Assembly (NCBI GenBank): GCA_000320545.1
Contig: ADNK01001571.1
Location: forward strand, 1-34,227
DNA from: Bigelowiella natans CCMP2755
Lineage: Eukaryota > Protista > Cercozoa
Direction of reading: 5' to 3'
DNA: 34,227 bases
Shown: in pieces, positions 20,114 through 32,283 of the stretch
Layout of the letters: each line of letters begins with the position of its first letter
Numbering within the stretch: position 1 is the stretch's first letter
Notes under the pieces: generated by a model
Database searches by the model: none
Told to the model about the DNA's origin: nothing
What the model saw: only the letters and a program-made list of their open reading frames with translations
Program-made: the position numbers and the translations under genes

Positions 20114-21182
20114 ATGGCTCTGCGCTCATTTCTAGATTTGTGTTTTCTGTCAGCTAGTCACTTCTAGGGTTCCAGCGTTGGCTAGTTGGTGATGGCTCTC
20201 TTGCACCAAAGTTCCAGAGTTCTGGAGTTGTGCGATGGCGCGACGACAAGCCATTCCAGCATTCTAGATTTTTGCACATCATCTGCGGACCATGCACATT
20301 GCTAGCTAGCTAGATGCACTGCTAGACTGGCACACTTGCTAGGTGAGAGCTAGAGAGTGATGCCACCCACCAACTGCTAGCTGACGCGATGCAGCGCAGA
20401 CCCAGAGCTAGAGAGTGCCGGGCCCACAACTCCAGAACTGCTGTCAAGTCTCTAGGCCTGCACATGCCAGCATGCTGTCATGGGTGAGTCACAACAATGG
20501 TTGCAAGGCAATGTCTAGAATGTGTGTGCGTGCAGCCGACAAGATGCCAGACTTCATTTGCGCCTGCCTAGCCGCGTGCGCAGCTACAGACTAGCTAGCT
20601 GCCAACTGTGGCTAGCAAGACTCACCTAGCTAGCTAGATGGAGACATGTTCGTGACTGCAGTGCATGACGAGGGCATTTCAGCCATCATGCCATGCAGCG
20701 CACCATGCTAGCCACTGTGGAGGCCATGCGATCGGGCCAGCCTAGCCCAGATGGTGGCTAGCGGGGCAGCTAGCTGTGGCGCAGCTCCTTGCAGGCGCCA
20801 CCATCGCAGCACGCAGCAACGATGTCAGCATGCATGTCAACTTCTCTCTCAACACGCAATGCATGGCAGCAATGTCTCGATTGTCGTGCAGCGTGGAGCG
20901 CGGCAGCGATGCAGCAACGACAACAGCGAAAGCGAAGGAGCATCGAGAAGCGCAAGCCAAGGCGCACACGGCAACACAAGTCGCACCGGAGCGCACGTGC
21001 ACAAAGAGTGCGCTTTTTTCCGAGCAGCACCCAGGGCAGAAAGTTCCAGAACTTTCCTTCGACTGGCAACCAGTGCCCAGGGTGAGCTCTGGAGTTGAGT
21101 TCTGCGCATGCGCTCCCTTTGTGCGCTCCCAGTTTGCTCTCATCACTTCGCCACCCGCACACAACACTTCGAGGCCTCGAGA

Positions 21183-21372
21183 AACAGAACTCAAAATCCC
21201 AATTGACAAGACAGAACTCAAAGTCCCAATTGACAAAACAGAACTCAAAATCCCAACAGACAGAAGACTTCAAGCAACAAAGAAAGAACAAAAACCCCAA
21301 ACCACAAAAGTCCCAAAACCACAGAAAACCAAACAAAAGCAAAGAAAACCAAACAAAAGCAAAGAAAACCAA
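21183..21372 (+). repeat. A-rich tandem repeats: 27-bp unit about 3 copies and 20-bp unit 2 copies
   Basis: acagaactcaaa(a/g)tcccaattgacaa about 3 times; aaaaccaaacaaaagcaaag twice. Confidence 0.8.
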
Positions 21373-22372
21373 AAAAGGACCGAGAGACTGACGATGACAA
21401 AAGTTGACAACAACAGCAGACCAACCCTCGAGAACAACAAAGACAAACAACCGACAAGCACGACACCAGCAGAGACACTCCAAGAAGTGGTCACACAGCC
21501 CACTCCACGAGCAAGGCCCACGCACGACGTCGGCGACGAGGCACACCGACACTCAGACACATCGCCCCAACAAGCTTGCACTTCAGTGCCACCCGTTCAG
21601 AAGCACGCAGCCTGCCTTGACCACGAGATCAAGGACGATGGCCCGGCTGCGGCCGTTTTGCATGCGAACGGTTTCAACGACGCGCTGCATCACTGTGCCA
21701 TGCCTGTGGCCGCAGAGCCGCCAAAAGTTTTTCCAATGAACACTCGCATGCCAACGCCTCCCATCAAAAGTGACAGTGATGATGCAACACCGCGCAGCGC
21801 GACATGGCTAGCTCGATCACTCATTCGGTCAAATGAGTCCGCATCATGTTGTTAGATTGCCAGTGAACTCCGCACTGCTGTGCTGTGCTCGCTGCAATTG
21901 ATGTTTGAGTAGATCTGTGGTGCAAGCTAGCTAGACTAGTTGAGATAGACACATGCCATAGCACATGCATGCAGCAACACAATTCTAGAATTGCGCTCTC
22001 GCATTAAATCCCAGAATTATCCAGCCCTGCTACACTGCGCTTCAACACAACACAGCGATTGGTTTTCGCAGAAACTACCAGGAACGCCACTACGGTCTGC
22101 ATGCCACTTCAGCATTGGCTCGAACAAACAGCAGTGACATGACAGCTCTACAGCCTCAACGCACGTGTATTTGAGCCACCAGGCTTACGAGCTTTCGCAG
22201 CTAAGCGCATGTCTAGATGTATGGCTACTCGTGATTTACGTAAACGTCACACGAGAAATTATTCCCAGAGGGAACCTACTACTACTACTACTTTCTGGTT
22301 TAAGTATAACATCTACTGCCAACGACAAGGTGTGTCGAAGAGTTAAATGTTGATCAATCAAAGCTTCAGAGT

Positions 22373-23522
22373 CTAGAAGAGTTTATCTGCAACAGGAACT
22401 CCGGTCTTTGCTTCTTCAGCGAGCACGCCCAATGCAGCGAGCATAGCAAGTCGTCCGTTATTGAGCTCCTGGTTCTTCCTTTTCTCAGCAGCATCAGCAT
22501 TCTTGGGCATCAAGCCAAGGGGGTCGAACCCATAGTTTCCACCTTCCTTGCCATCCTTCAACTGAACAAAAAATTATTTTTCAAAAATAAGATAATAATA
22601 CTTAGATATTGATTTCATAAATGAATTACTGCTCCGATAGCTGCGTGCCATTTTGGAAGACCCTCCTTATCGAAGAAAGTGCTGCTTCGAACCAATTCTT
22701 GAATGACAGCTTGAGCTAGGGCGATTTTTACGATAGACTGAGATACATTAATGTTTGTTATGATCTATAATCCTGAAATTATTAACTAAATTACCGGGTT
22801 CTCAGCAAGAACGTGTTTGTACTGCTGCCAAGCGGTGCCAGCAGCATCAGCGTTAAAAGGATGGAACTTCTCAGCGAGGATCTGTCCAACGACAGCCATC
22901 ATACCGAGGCGACCGTGTTGGAGCTCAGCATCACGATACCTACGACGAGCTAATTGTAAGAGAGCTACCAAATAGCGGGTGCTCAAAAATGATTGTTCGG
23001 CTCTTTTGATACTACTTCAAACAATCGTATCTAATACCTGTTGATCACAGCCTTATCAACATCACGGGAAAGTCCGGCTGGATCCCATCCTTGAGGCTTT
23101 TGGAAGATGATATTGTCGTAAACTTTGCCAGACCTACGATGAATCTAGGTGGTTAGACCGACGATTTACCAAGTACCATGACCTAACTACTCGTCATGTT
23201 TTCTTCTATGTAATAACTCAAACTCACATCTTGTCAAGCTCGTTCCATCCAACGTATCCAGACTTAGCACCGACGTTGCGCTTCAATCCACGAGGAGCCG
23301 CCCTGACCATTGACCTCAGGCCAGTCTTAGGAGCAGTGGTTCGCGCTGCAGGGGCAGCGGAAACGAGTCCAAGTAATGCAACACTGAGATACTAAAGAGC
23401 AAATGCTTGTTAATCGATGATTTCAATTCATTTACACTACATAACTTCTATGCTCCTTCTCCACCGGTAAGCGCTCCCACCATCTTCTACTTCTTTCAGA
23501 TATATAGGAAAAATACCAGCAT
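22373..23522 (-). CDS. Light-harvesting chlorophyll-binding protein, LHCX/LI818(LHCSR)-like, 6 exons, bipartite plastid-targeting leader
   Basis: Exons 23522-23517, 23391-23228, 23133-23038, 22939-22795, 22737-22630 and 22561-22373 splice in frame. Product: MLYLSVALLGLVSAAPAARTT...GWDPAGLS...RYRDAELQHGRLGMMAVVGQILAEKFHP...GGNYGFDPLGL...QELNNGRLAMLAALG. Confidence 0.93.
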
Positions 23523-24419
23523 GTTTTGAATTTGGTTGAGGACTGCACGAGGGGGGTCCGCGTCAGGTGTGCTGGAGTATGTGTGTTACGTGCGCGTTAA
23601 GGTCAAGAGCAATTTCAGACCTATCTTTTGGAATTATCGGTCATTCTTGTCCTTAATTACAGCAATATCGCTCAAGTATTGATGTCGCATCAATTAAAAT
23701 TACATACAATATGTCATCGAAAGAAATACACCAATTCCCGAATTTCTCTTGTATCTATGCTATCACAAACGGGGGTTTTAGGGTAAAATCCAACTCCAAA
23801 TGCTTATTTCAACAAAAAAAGTCCTGCATTCAAGAGCAACATTCAGTTTGGATTCGCATGCTTGCTCTTGTGGAGGTGCATGCGAAGAGAAGAAGAGAAG
23901 ATTGTGAGGATATGTAAAATAGGTGAATATACCCTAATTTATATTCTACGGCAATTAAAGTGCTGTTTGAATATTGAAAAGCCTCAATGTTACATGTCGT
24001 AACACCAAAATACAATGGTATATCCCCTGCCTGTAAGTTGCCGAACAAGCCAAAATATTGGCATGCCTACAATCGTCGCAAGGTTTGTTCATCCTGCATT
24101 TCCTATTCGTCCATAGCCGAAACACATCGACTAAAATGGCCTGGGAATTTGGGTTACGGCATCACATCCAAATCTTCTTCGGAATTAGTTGCGCTGAGTT
24201 TTTACCGAGCCGGCCCATCGCAGCAATCACAGGAGGGGGAGGAAGCAGTCTACATCGAATTAGGTGAATGGACACGATGATCATATTGTCATTATATCGC
24301 TAGATGAGCAGTAGGTGGTTGGTTCTTGTTGCGTAATCCAAGATTGTGTGTGTTAACCAACTTCATCATCGGGACACCTTTCTTTCTTTCTTTCTTTCTT
24401 TCTTAGGCAGGGTTGATTG

Positions 24420-25337
24420 ATGGCGATGATGAGGAGGATCATGTTGCGACGATTGCCACCCTCATCGTCATATACCCGTTCTATACTGCCACCATTTGTT
24501 GAGCCGTTGGTACATCGAGTAATGAATTCGCAGAAACAGCTCGCAACTACTCTTCGTGAAGAACAACTACTAGTCCCCATTCGCATTTGTTCCCGCGGTA
24601 ATAAGTAATAACAAGCACCTTGTGTGGTGTCTCATGTCTAGACTTGTAACATGTCGGTTAATCTGTTCATTTTCGTCTGTAAGTTGAATGATTCACGTAT
24701 AATACAGGAGGAAGTCTTTCAAGAAGCTGCAGGGCACTTCGTAGGACGATGTCCACATCTTCAAAGAGGAGGGGGGCCAGTTGTTATCAACGGGAGGAAG
24801 ATGGTCAAAATTTATCCCCGGGAGAACTTAATACATCATTGGTCAAAGAATTGGAGGGGAAAGTTCATAAGGTAGTCGTTGTAACAACACGCATATCAAC
24901 AACACAACCCTAATAATGCAGCAGCTGTATGTAGCACCTACAGCAGCCATTACTTCTGACTCTGAGAGATAGATTATCTGACTGCTACTAAGTACATATA
25001 TGTGTTAATTGACGGTGATGTACTGATTGGTGACGACGAGATAGGTTCTAAAGAAGCATAACACCAATCGGAAGCAAAAAGCTCGCACCTTGCGCAAGTG
25101 GATCAAAAAGGTTGTGAGCAATTAAATACGAAATATTGCATTTTCTTCTCACTAAAATCCTGTTTGCTGCTGTCTTATTTTGATGGAGATACAAGCACCA
25201 ATTCTTCTTCTTCCTCTTCTTTTTCTTCTTCTTCTTTTTTTGGAACAATTCTGGATTGAATATATGTGTCTACGTGTAACTCCTCACTCTTAGTCAAGTT
25301 CTCCTTACGATCTGATAATGATGATGATGATGATGAT

Positions 25338-25405
<68 letters not shown>

Positions 25406-25666
25406 TATATACACTATACACAGCTCTTCGAGCTATACTGCAAGTTGGAGACTACGACTAGTAGCAAAGTTGACGACGATATGACTTCCAAGGTTGTTTG
25501 ACTTCACACTCACTCATTCCTACTCGCTTCTATCCTAACAAACAAAAATAAGAGTTATTATGCTACTGTATTACAATCTCCTCCTTCTCCTCCTCCTTTT
25601 CATGTTTCTCAGATAGCATCTAAAATGAAGGAGCGGGGTAATAAATCAGGACAATAATAATAGCTG

Positions 25667-25706
<40 letters not shown>

Positions 25707-26740
25707 GTGTCCTACTCACATGCAGGCAATGCATATAAAATCCATAAGAAGTCGTCGTAAAGTGTCGAGGAGGAGGAGGAAGAAGAGGAGGCCATAAGTC
25801 GTCGTAAAGTGTCGAGGAGGAGGAGGAAGAGGAGGAGGAAGGGAGGAGGAGGAGAGGACTAAATCATAAAATTGCAACTGATGTAAATGGTTATTGTCCT
25901 CTGGATGATACTAACTAGGTATTGTGATCAACGAGGGCCTTGCCATTGAGCTCATCTCAAACTCATTCTATGTGAGAAGCAGAAGAAGAAGAAGAAGAAG
26001 AAGAAGAAGAAGATTCCATAATTAGAACACGACTAAATGCTGCAACCCAATCGATCGAAGAACGTTTTGTACATAATATGATAAAATCAATAATAGGTTC
26101 ATGATATGTATAACTACTAGTTGTTAGTAATCTCCTCTTAAGCTACTGCTACTACTACCACCACTACTACCACTACTACTACCACCACTACTACTACTAC
26201 TACTACTGTCACACACATGTATCTATGTATGTCATCATCAGCACAAGGACCCCATAACAGCAGGACGTATATGTGCGGTAGTGAGTAGTCATCAAGGTGC
26301 TGCTACTAGTACTAGTACTAGTAGTAGTAGTAGTAGTAGTAGTAGTACGTGTGGTGGCTTGGTTGGTTTTGTAATGGTATTGTAAGTTCTCCCTCTCTCC
26401 ACTGAATGACTAACAGATTGATTGCCTGATGCTGTAAGAGGTGAAAAGTTCTTCTTCTTTTTCTTCCACTTCTCTTTTCCCACGTATTTCTTCTTCCTCT
26501 TCTTCTCTACTCCTCTTTACATTTGCCTGCACTCTCCCACCAATATCATCACCATCACCATCATCGTCATCGTCGTCATCGTCGTCGTTGACCTCACCGC
26601 AGGAGCCAAGGATTATGGAAGTGTGAAGGAGAATCTAATGAATAAAATGGTGGTCTTCGCGGCAAAAGGCCGCTATTGGAAGGTGTGCTTGTATTTATAC
26701 GATGATCAAAGAGAATATGTAGTAGTACAAGACGAATTGG

Positions 26741-26779
<39 letters not shown>

Positions 26780-26874
26780 ATGTAACAGTGGTGGCAAGTA
26801 AGCTGTAGCTGCCGTAATAGTAGTCCGTATAGTCCGTCTAACAGATAATCACTTATATATCCAGCTACACACAC

Positions 26875-26913
<39 letters not shown>

Positions 26914-27168
26914 TATTGTTTAATATGCATATAAAATATATCTACGGAATAGGAGGCAGAGCGCTATTTAGGATTGCTGTTGGAAGAAGGAGGAGGAGGT
27001 GGTGGAGGAGGAGGAGGGCTTAATCCATCCACGTAATAGTAGTAGTAATAGTAATAGTAATAGTAATAGTAGGCGTGTTAGTAGCAGTACCAGATTAATG
27101 ATATGAAGCAACAACTACCGGGCAGTACCAACACGTGTTTCGATAGAACCTTCCATTAGCAATATCGG

Positions 27169-27201
<33 letters not shown>

Positions 27202-28218
27202 TGTAACTCTCCATCATCATCATCTTTATCTTCTTCCTCTCTTCTTCGAGAATAGAACTGCGGCTTTGATAAATTGCTATGGACAATGCAATCAATACAT
27301 TAAAGCTTCGCGTTTGGCCAAGTACTACTCGTAGCAGCAGCATACATGATAGGATTTATGCTTCTTGGTGGTTGTGTTCCAAAATGGATGGTTGCTTGTA
27401 CTTCTTTTGCAATGAGAATGTTGGTAATCGTGTGTTGTTTTTGTTGCGGCACTGTTGTTGTAAGGGCAACACTTAATGGTGGAAAGATGTTTGGCCAACA
27501 CATTCAAAAAGTAATACATATTTACTATTTGACCTATCTTACATATCACTATTCAAAACTTGGCACAATATGGTGATGATCCATCAGCTACCGAATGGAA
27601 ATCTATGGTATTATTCTTGCTGATGGTAGTAGTAACCGAGAATTTCGATGAATTAAGATTATTTCTGACAGGGCATGGTCACGAGGATATGTGTATGATG
27701 TCGCAGATAGATGTGTAGTAATAATAAACAAATGTTACTTGGTTTGGTGTGTTACTGCTGTGTTCTTTGGTAGTGAAGCATTACTTGGTTCTTTTAAGAC
27801 TAACCGTCGTTGTTGTCTTTGATGTAGGTTGAAGGTGCTGGCAATAAGAGAGCCATTATCATGGAAGCTATGATCGGTAAACAGTAGTAGTAGTAATAGA
27901 GGTTTGGATATATTGTTCAAAATAGATGGATGAATCAGAACAAAAGTGGGGGGGGCTAGATGAAGAGAGCCCCACTCTCTCACTTACTTTCATATTAACG
28001 ACAACGGTTAGGAAAGATTCCTTTTCATCTTTCTTCCACATTTCTTCTTCATTTTATCTTCTAGGGTTCGTCTTAACTGTATGAGTACCTTCTATTGTCT
28101 ATTGCCGCATCTTTATCGTATAGAGAAGAATATGGTGATGACGACGATGATGGTGATGATGGTGATGGTGATAATCAAATGGTAAACAAAATATGTATTA
28201 TATGACCATAATGGGGTG

Positions 28219-28251
<33 letters not shown>

Positions 28252-28435
28252 TTTAGCTACTGCAGCAGCATCTGGATACACAAAAAGAGCTGATGTCTAC
28301 TGGAATGTACCTACTACTACTACTACCACTACCACTACTACTACCACTACCACTACTGCATCATCTGCCCGCATTACTAACACCATAACGATTACTTACT
28401 ATTGCTAGTATATGATGCGGTAATGATTAGATTGG

Positions 28436-28476
<41 letters not shown>

Positions 28477-28498
28477 ACACACACACACACACACACAC

Positions 28499-28541
<43 letters not shown>

Positions 28542-28557
28542 TGTAACAATGTGTGTG

Positions 28558-28596
<39 letters not shown>

Positions 28597-28693
28597 GATG
28601 AAGGCGGAAAAATTGATCATATCTCCAAAAGCATACGGACATTACATCAGGGCTTATTGGCATGAGTATGTGTGGAGATATCATCAAGGAAGA

Positions 28694-28727
<34 letters not shown>

Positions 28728-29795
28728 TAATGAAGAAGAAGAGAGTGTAGAAGAGAAAGGAGTGCATAGTTTTTTCTCATTACTATAATATATGTTACTA
28801 AGTTGTAATCATCAATAATCTTTATTTGATCAGATATATCACAACCACTACTACTACATTCGTTGTTTCTTGCCGTGTATTTCTTTACTAATATTGTAGT
28901 AGCAATAAGGATTATGATACAGCTCTTGAGATATGGAACCAGGCAATAGACGGTACAAGCTATAGTAGAAGTAGTAGTAGTAGTAGTAGTAGGAAGAAGG
29001 AGGAGACAGAGGAAAAGGATGGATGATAGATGATAGATGATGGATGATGGGTAATGAATGTATGTAGCAGTTTGTCTGCGCGGATGGATGATATTTTTAA
29101 CCCAAAAACTGTTGTAGTAGTATCGGTGATAGTTTTTACTCAAAGGTTGTTGTTGTACTGAAAAGGGAAAGTAGCAGCATGTATCTTTACAATTCGGTCT
29201 CTCTCCCTCGCTATAATATATATATCGTTCTCTTTCTTCCTCTTCTATTTCTATATGTTGTGCATTGTGTGCATCCATGATTATCAGCATAATCATCATC
29301 ATCATCATCGTCATCATCATGATGCATCATCAGGAGGAATAATCCCATCATCTGAAGGAGCGACGGCAGTGTTAGACATCTTTGCAGCACTTGGAGATAT
29401 TCCAAACGCTGAGGCTACAATGCAAATCTTGATCCAAAAGTACCTCGATGTTGATGATGATGCTGCTGCTGCTGCTGCTGCTGGTGACGGCAATAAGGAT
29501 AGAGACAATGCAGACCGTGAGATGAAAGGTTACGTAGCTGCTCTTGCTAAGGTCGCGTTTATTATAAATATATTGATGGCGATAACTCAAATGTATCCAA
29601 ATGAATCAGATTACGGCTTATATATATCGTGACTGGCATCATGATGATGATGATGATGTTGTCCTGGTGCTCATGTACGCACGTACTACAGGTCTACTCT
29701 CTAAAAGGGATGAAGGAGCAAGCTGTGAGTCTTTTCACACCTAAAGCAAAGGGGTGAGGAGTGAGACTGTGTACTAGTAGTAGCACTAAGTAGTA

Positions 29796-29829
<34 letters not shown>

Positions 29830-30121
29830 CACTGATTGGAACGGCTATATGATACAACAACAACATCATCATCATCATCATCAACAACAACTAACAACGG
29901 TATCGTAAGAAGGAGAAGAAGAACTCCAAGAACAACTGGAAGAATACAGTTTTTTTCTTCTTATCTACTACTGTAGCACGTCTCTCCCTCGCATGTCTCT
30001 CCCTATCTTCCTTAACACTTGCTGCTGCTGCTGCTGCTACTGCTACTACGTACTTAGTGGAAGACGTATTGGATTCCATCCAGATCGAAGAATGGTTGGA
30101 TATCTCCTGGTATTATCATGA

Positions 30122-30157
<36 letters not shown>

Positions 30158-30258
30158 CAGCAGCAACAACAACAGCAATATAGAAGAAGAAGAAGAAGAA
30201 GAAGAAGAAGAAGAAGGATCAGGAGGAGGAGGAGGAGAATACGAAGGCAAACAGCAGA

Positions 30259-30293
<35 letters not shown>

Positions 30294-31436
30294 TTTATCA
30301 TCAAACTCTTCCTCTGTTTGCTGTTTGTGCTGCTGCTGCTGCTGCTGCTGCTTCCATTGTAGAAAGCACATGCAAGTATTGGGGATGCTGAAGGAGTTAG
30401 GTAAGTTGTGTTACGCAGCTATCTACCATATGACGATGATGATCATGGAAATCAATCATAATTTAGTACTTGCTGTTATCATCTGCAGCTACATTCGTCC
30501 TCTTCTATCCTTTTCACTATTTATCATCGTTGTCTTAGTTGCCATCACGTTCATATGTACAATGATTACATCTTGGTGATCTTCCATTGCTCGTATTTGT
30601 TATCACCAACTCATCAATTATCATCATCACCTTCTATGTGTGCTATTGTTGTTATTGTTGTTGATATTTGTGTAGATTCTGGTTAAATTTCCAGGAAGAG
30701 TCAGTGGCCATCAAACAATATTAATAATAATAATAACAATAATAATACTCTCACAACAATGATGACGATGTATATTTGTTTCGATTTGCTGTCATTATTG
30801 TTATTATTACTACTATTTTTATAGCAATGAAGACGACGACGACGATGATGATGATAATGATCATAAAGTGTATTATATTATACTATATCATTTCTAGTCT
30901 TTCATTACCTTCAAATGATGGACGTGATGAGCGCTCAAGTGAATGGCTTATTAATGCTCTTAGCAATGCTGTAAGTTAGGAAATCTACTAATGATTGCCA
31001 TTACTTGCTTCTTTCTTAACACTAAGTAGTAGTAATACTAGTTGTAGTTGTAGTAGTAGTATTTGTTGTTGTTGTTGTTGTTGTTGTGTATGTCTTTCTT
31101 CATTTAGCATTGTCATGAGCATCATATCTCAGTAACCCTTATGCAACATCATGTGGTCATTCTCATCGTTTGTGTAGAATAATTGTATGGATTGTAATTC
31201 CCATTATGATCCTGAATAATATATGTGATGAAACACATGATGATAAAATATGTTCTTGTTTATATAGGGAGATCTTGACGCTGCGTATCGCCACTACCAA
31301 ATAGAGTACCATGATCGGGTAGTAGAGTACTAAGTCAGAACTTCATGAATAAACAATGCCAAGGATTTGGGGGGGGGGGGATGAGGATTGGATAACAAAT
31401 TATGATGCTAAGCTGCTACCAATTGTGACGGCTTGT

Positions 31437-31468
<32 letters not shown>

Positions 31469-31800
31469 ATTCGTCGTCATTTGTTCAGGCCAAACGATTT
31501 CCACAACCAACAATATTTCGATATTTGCTTCGAGGGGCAGCACTAAAAGGTGGTGGTAGCAGCAGCAGCAGCAGCAGCAGTTTATCTTCTTGTTGTGCTC
31601 TTTCAGTAAGCCCCCCCCACAGCAATCTTGCCATCGTCATCAGGTGACAGTGCTTTCGGCTTAAAGGTTTTGAGAGAAATGATACGTAGAAGGTCTGTCA
31701 ATATCATCATCAGCAGCAGCAGCAGATACACCAATAGCAATATATGAGCTCAATAACAAACTGAGCACGCACTCCGGTTTGATATGTCCAAACACACACA

Positions 31801-31853
<53 letters not shown>

Positions 31854-31910
31854 CATGTGTAGATATTTAATTTTTCCACTGTTATTATCGTTTATTTGCT
31901 GCTATTTGTG

Positions 31911-31943
<33 letters not shown>

Positions 31944-32058
31944 ATATTATTATTATTGATATCCATCAAGTGTGAGAATAGGATCCTCTGATCTAGAAGG
32001 AGCTCTCCGCAGCACAGTGGAGGGAGGAGATGTTGATTCTATGAACAAGATGTACTAA
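24420..32058 (+). CDS. Organelle-targeted pentatricopeptide-repeat (PPR)-like protein; many small exons among SSR-filled introns (model approximate)
   Basis: The N-terminus MAMMRRIMLRRLPPSSSYTRS is presequence-like. Exon peptides include NLMNKMVVFAAKGRYWK|EAERYLGLL, ALINCYGQCNQYIKA, GIIPSSEGATAVLDIFAALGDIPNAEATMQIL, EWLINALSNA|GDLDAAYRHY and PQPTIFRYLLRGAA...GLKVLREMIRR. Confidence 0.6.
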
Positions 32059-32111
32059 TACTACTATTATTATTATTATTAATAATAATAATAATAATAT
32101 ACAGACGATAA

Positions 32112-32143
<32 letters not shown>

Positions 32144-32245
32144 AATGAGCATAGATGTGTCAGTGAGTGGTAATCACGAGAGGACGGAACTATCAGCCGT
32201 TTTTAGTCGTAATATTTTAATTACACATATGTAATATGTGTGCAA

Positions 32246-32283
<38 letters not shown>

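Larger units (their letters stand above)
19620..22000. other. TpA-depleted eroded block D (probable degraded repeat/TE), CTAG-rich in its 5' half
   Basis: No TA found between 20773 and 21808. Nearly all TA in 19790-20772 lies inside CTAG. Confidence 0.9.

Noticed and set aside
21183-21260. CRISPR-like array
   Set aside because: Head-to-tail 27-bp repeats without unique spacers, in a eukaryotic context with no cas genes.
20742-21855. Stack of long overlapping ORFs on both strands (up to 359 aa)
   Set aside because: Without TA there can be no TAA/TAG stops, so long frames arise automatically. The proteins lack Tyr and are rich in His/Cys/Ala.
23711-24280. Short ORFs between the LHC and PPR-like genes
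   Set aside because: No consistent frame, splice pattern or recognisable motif.
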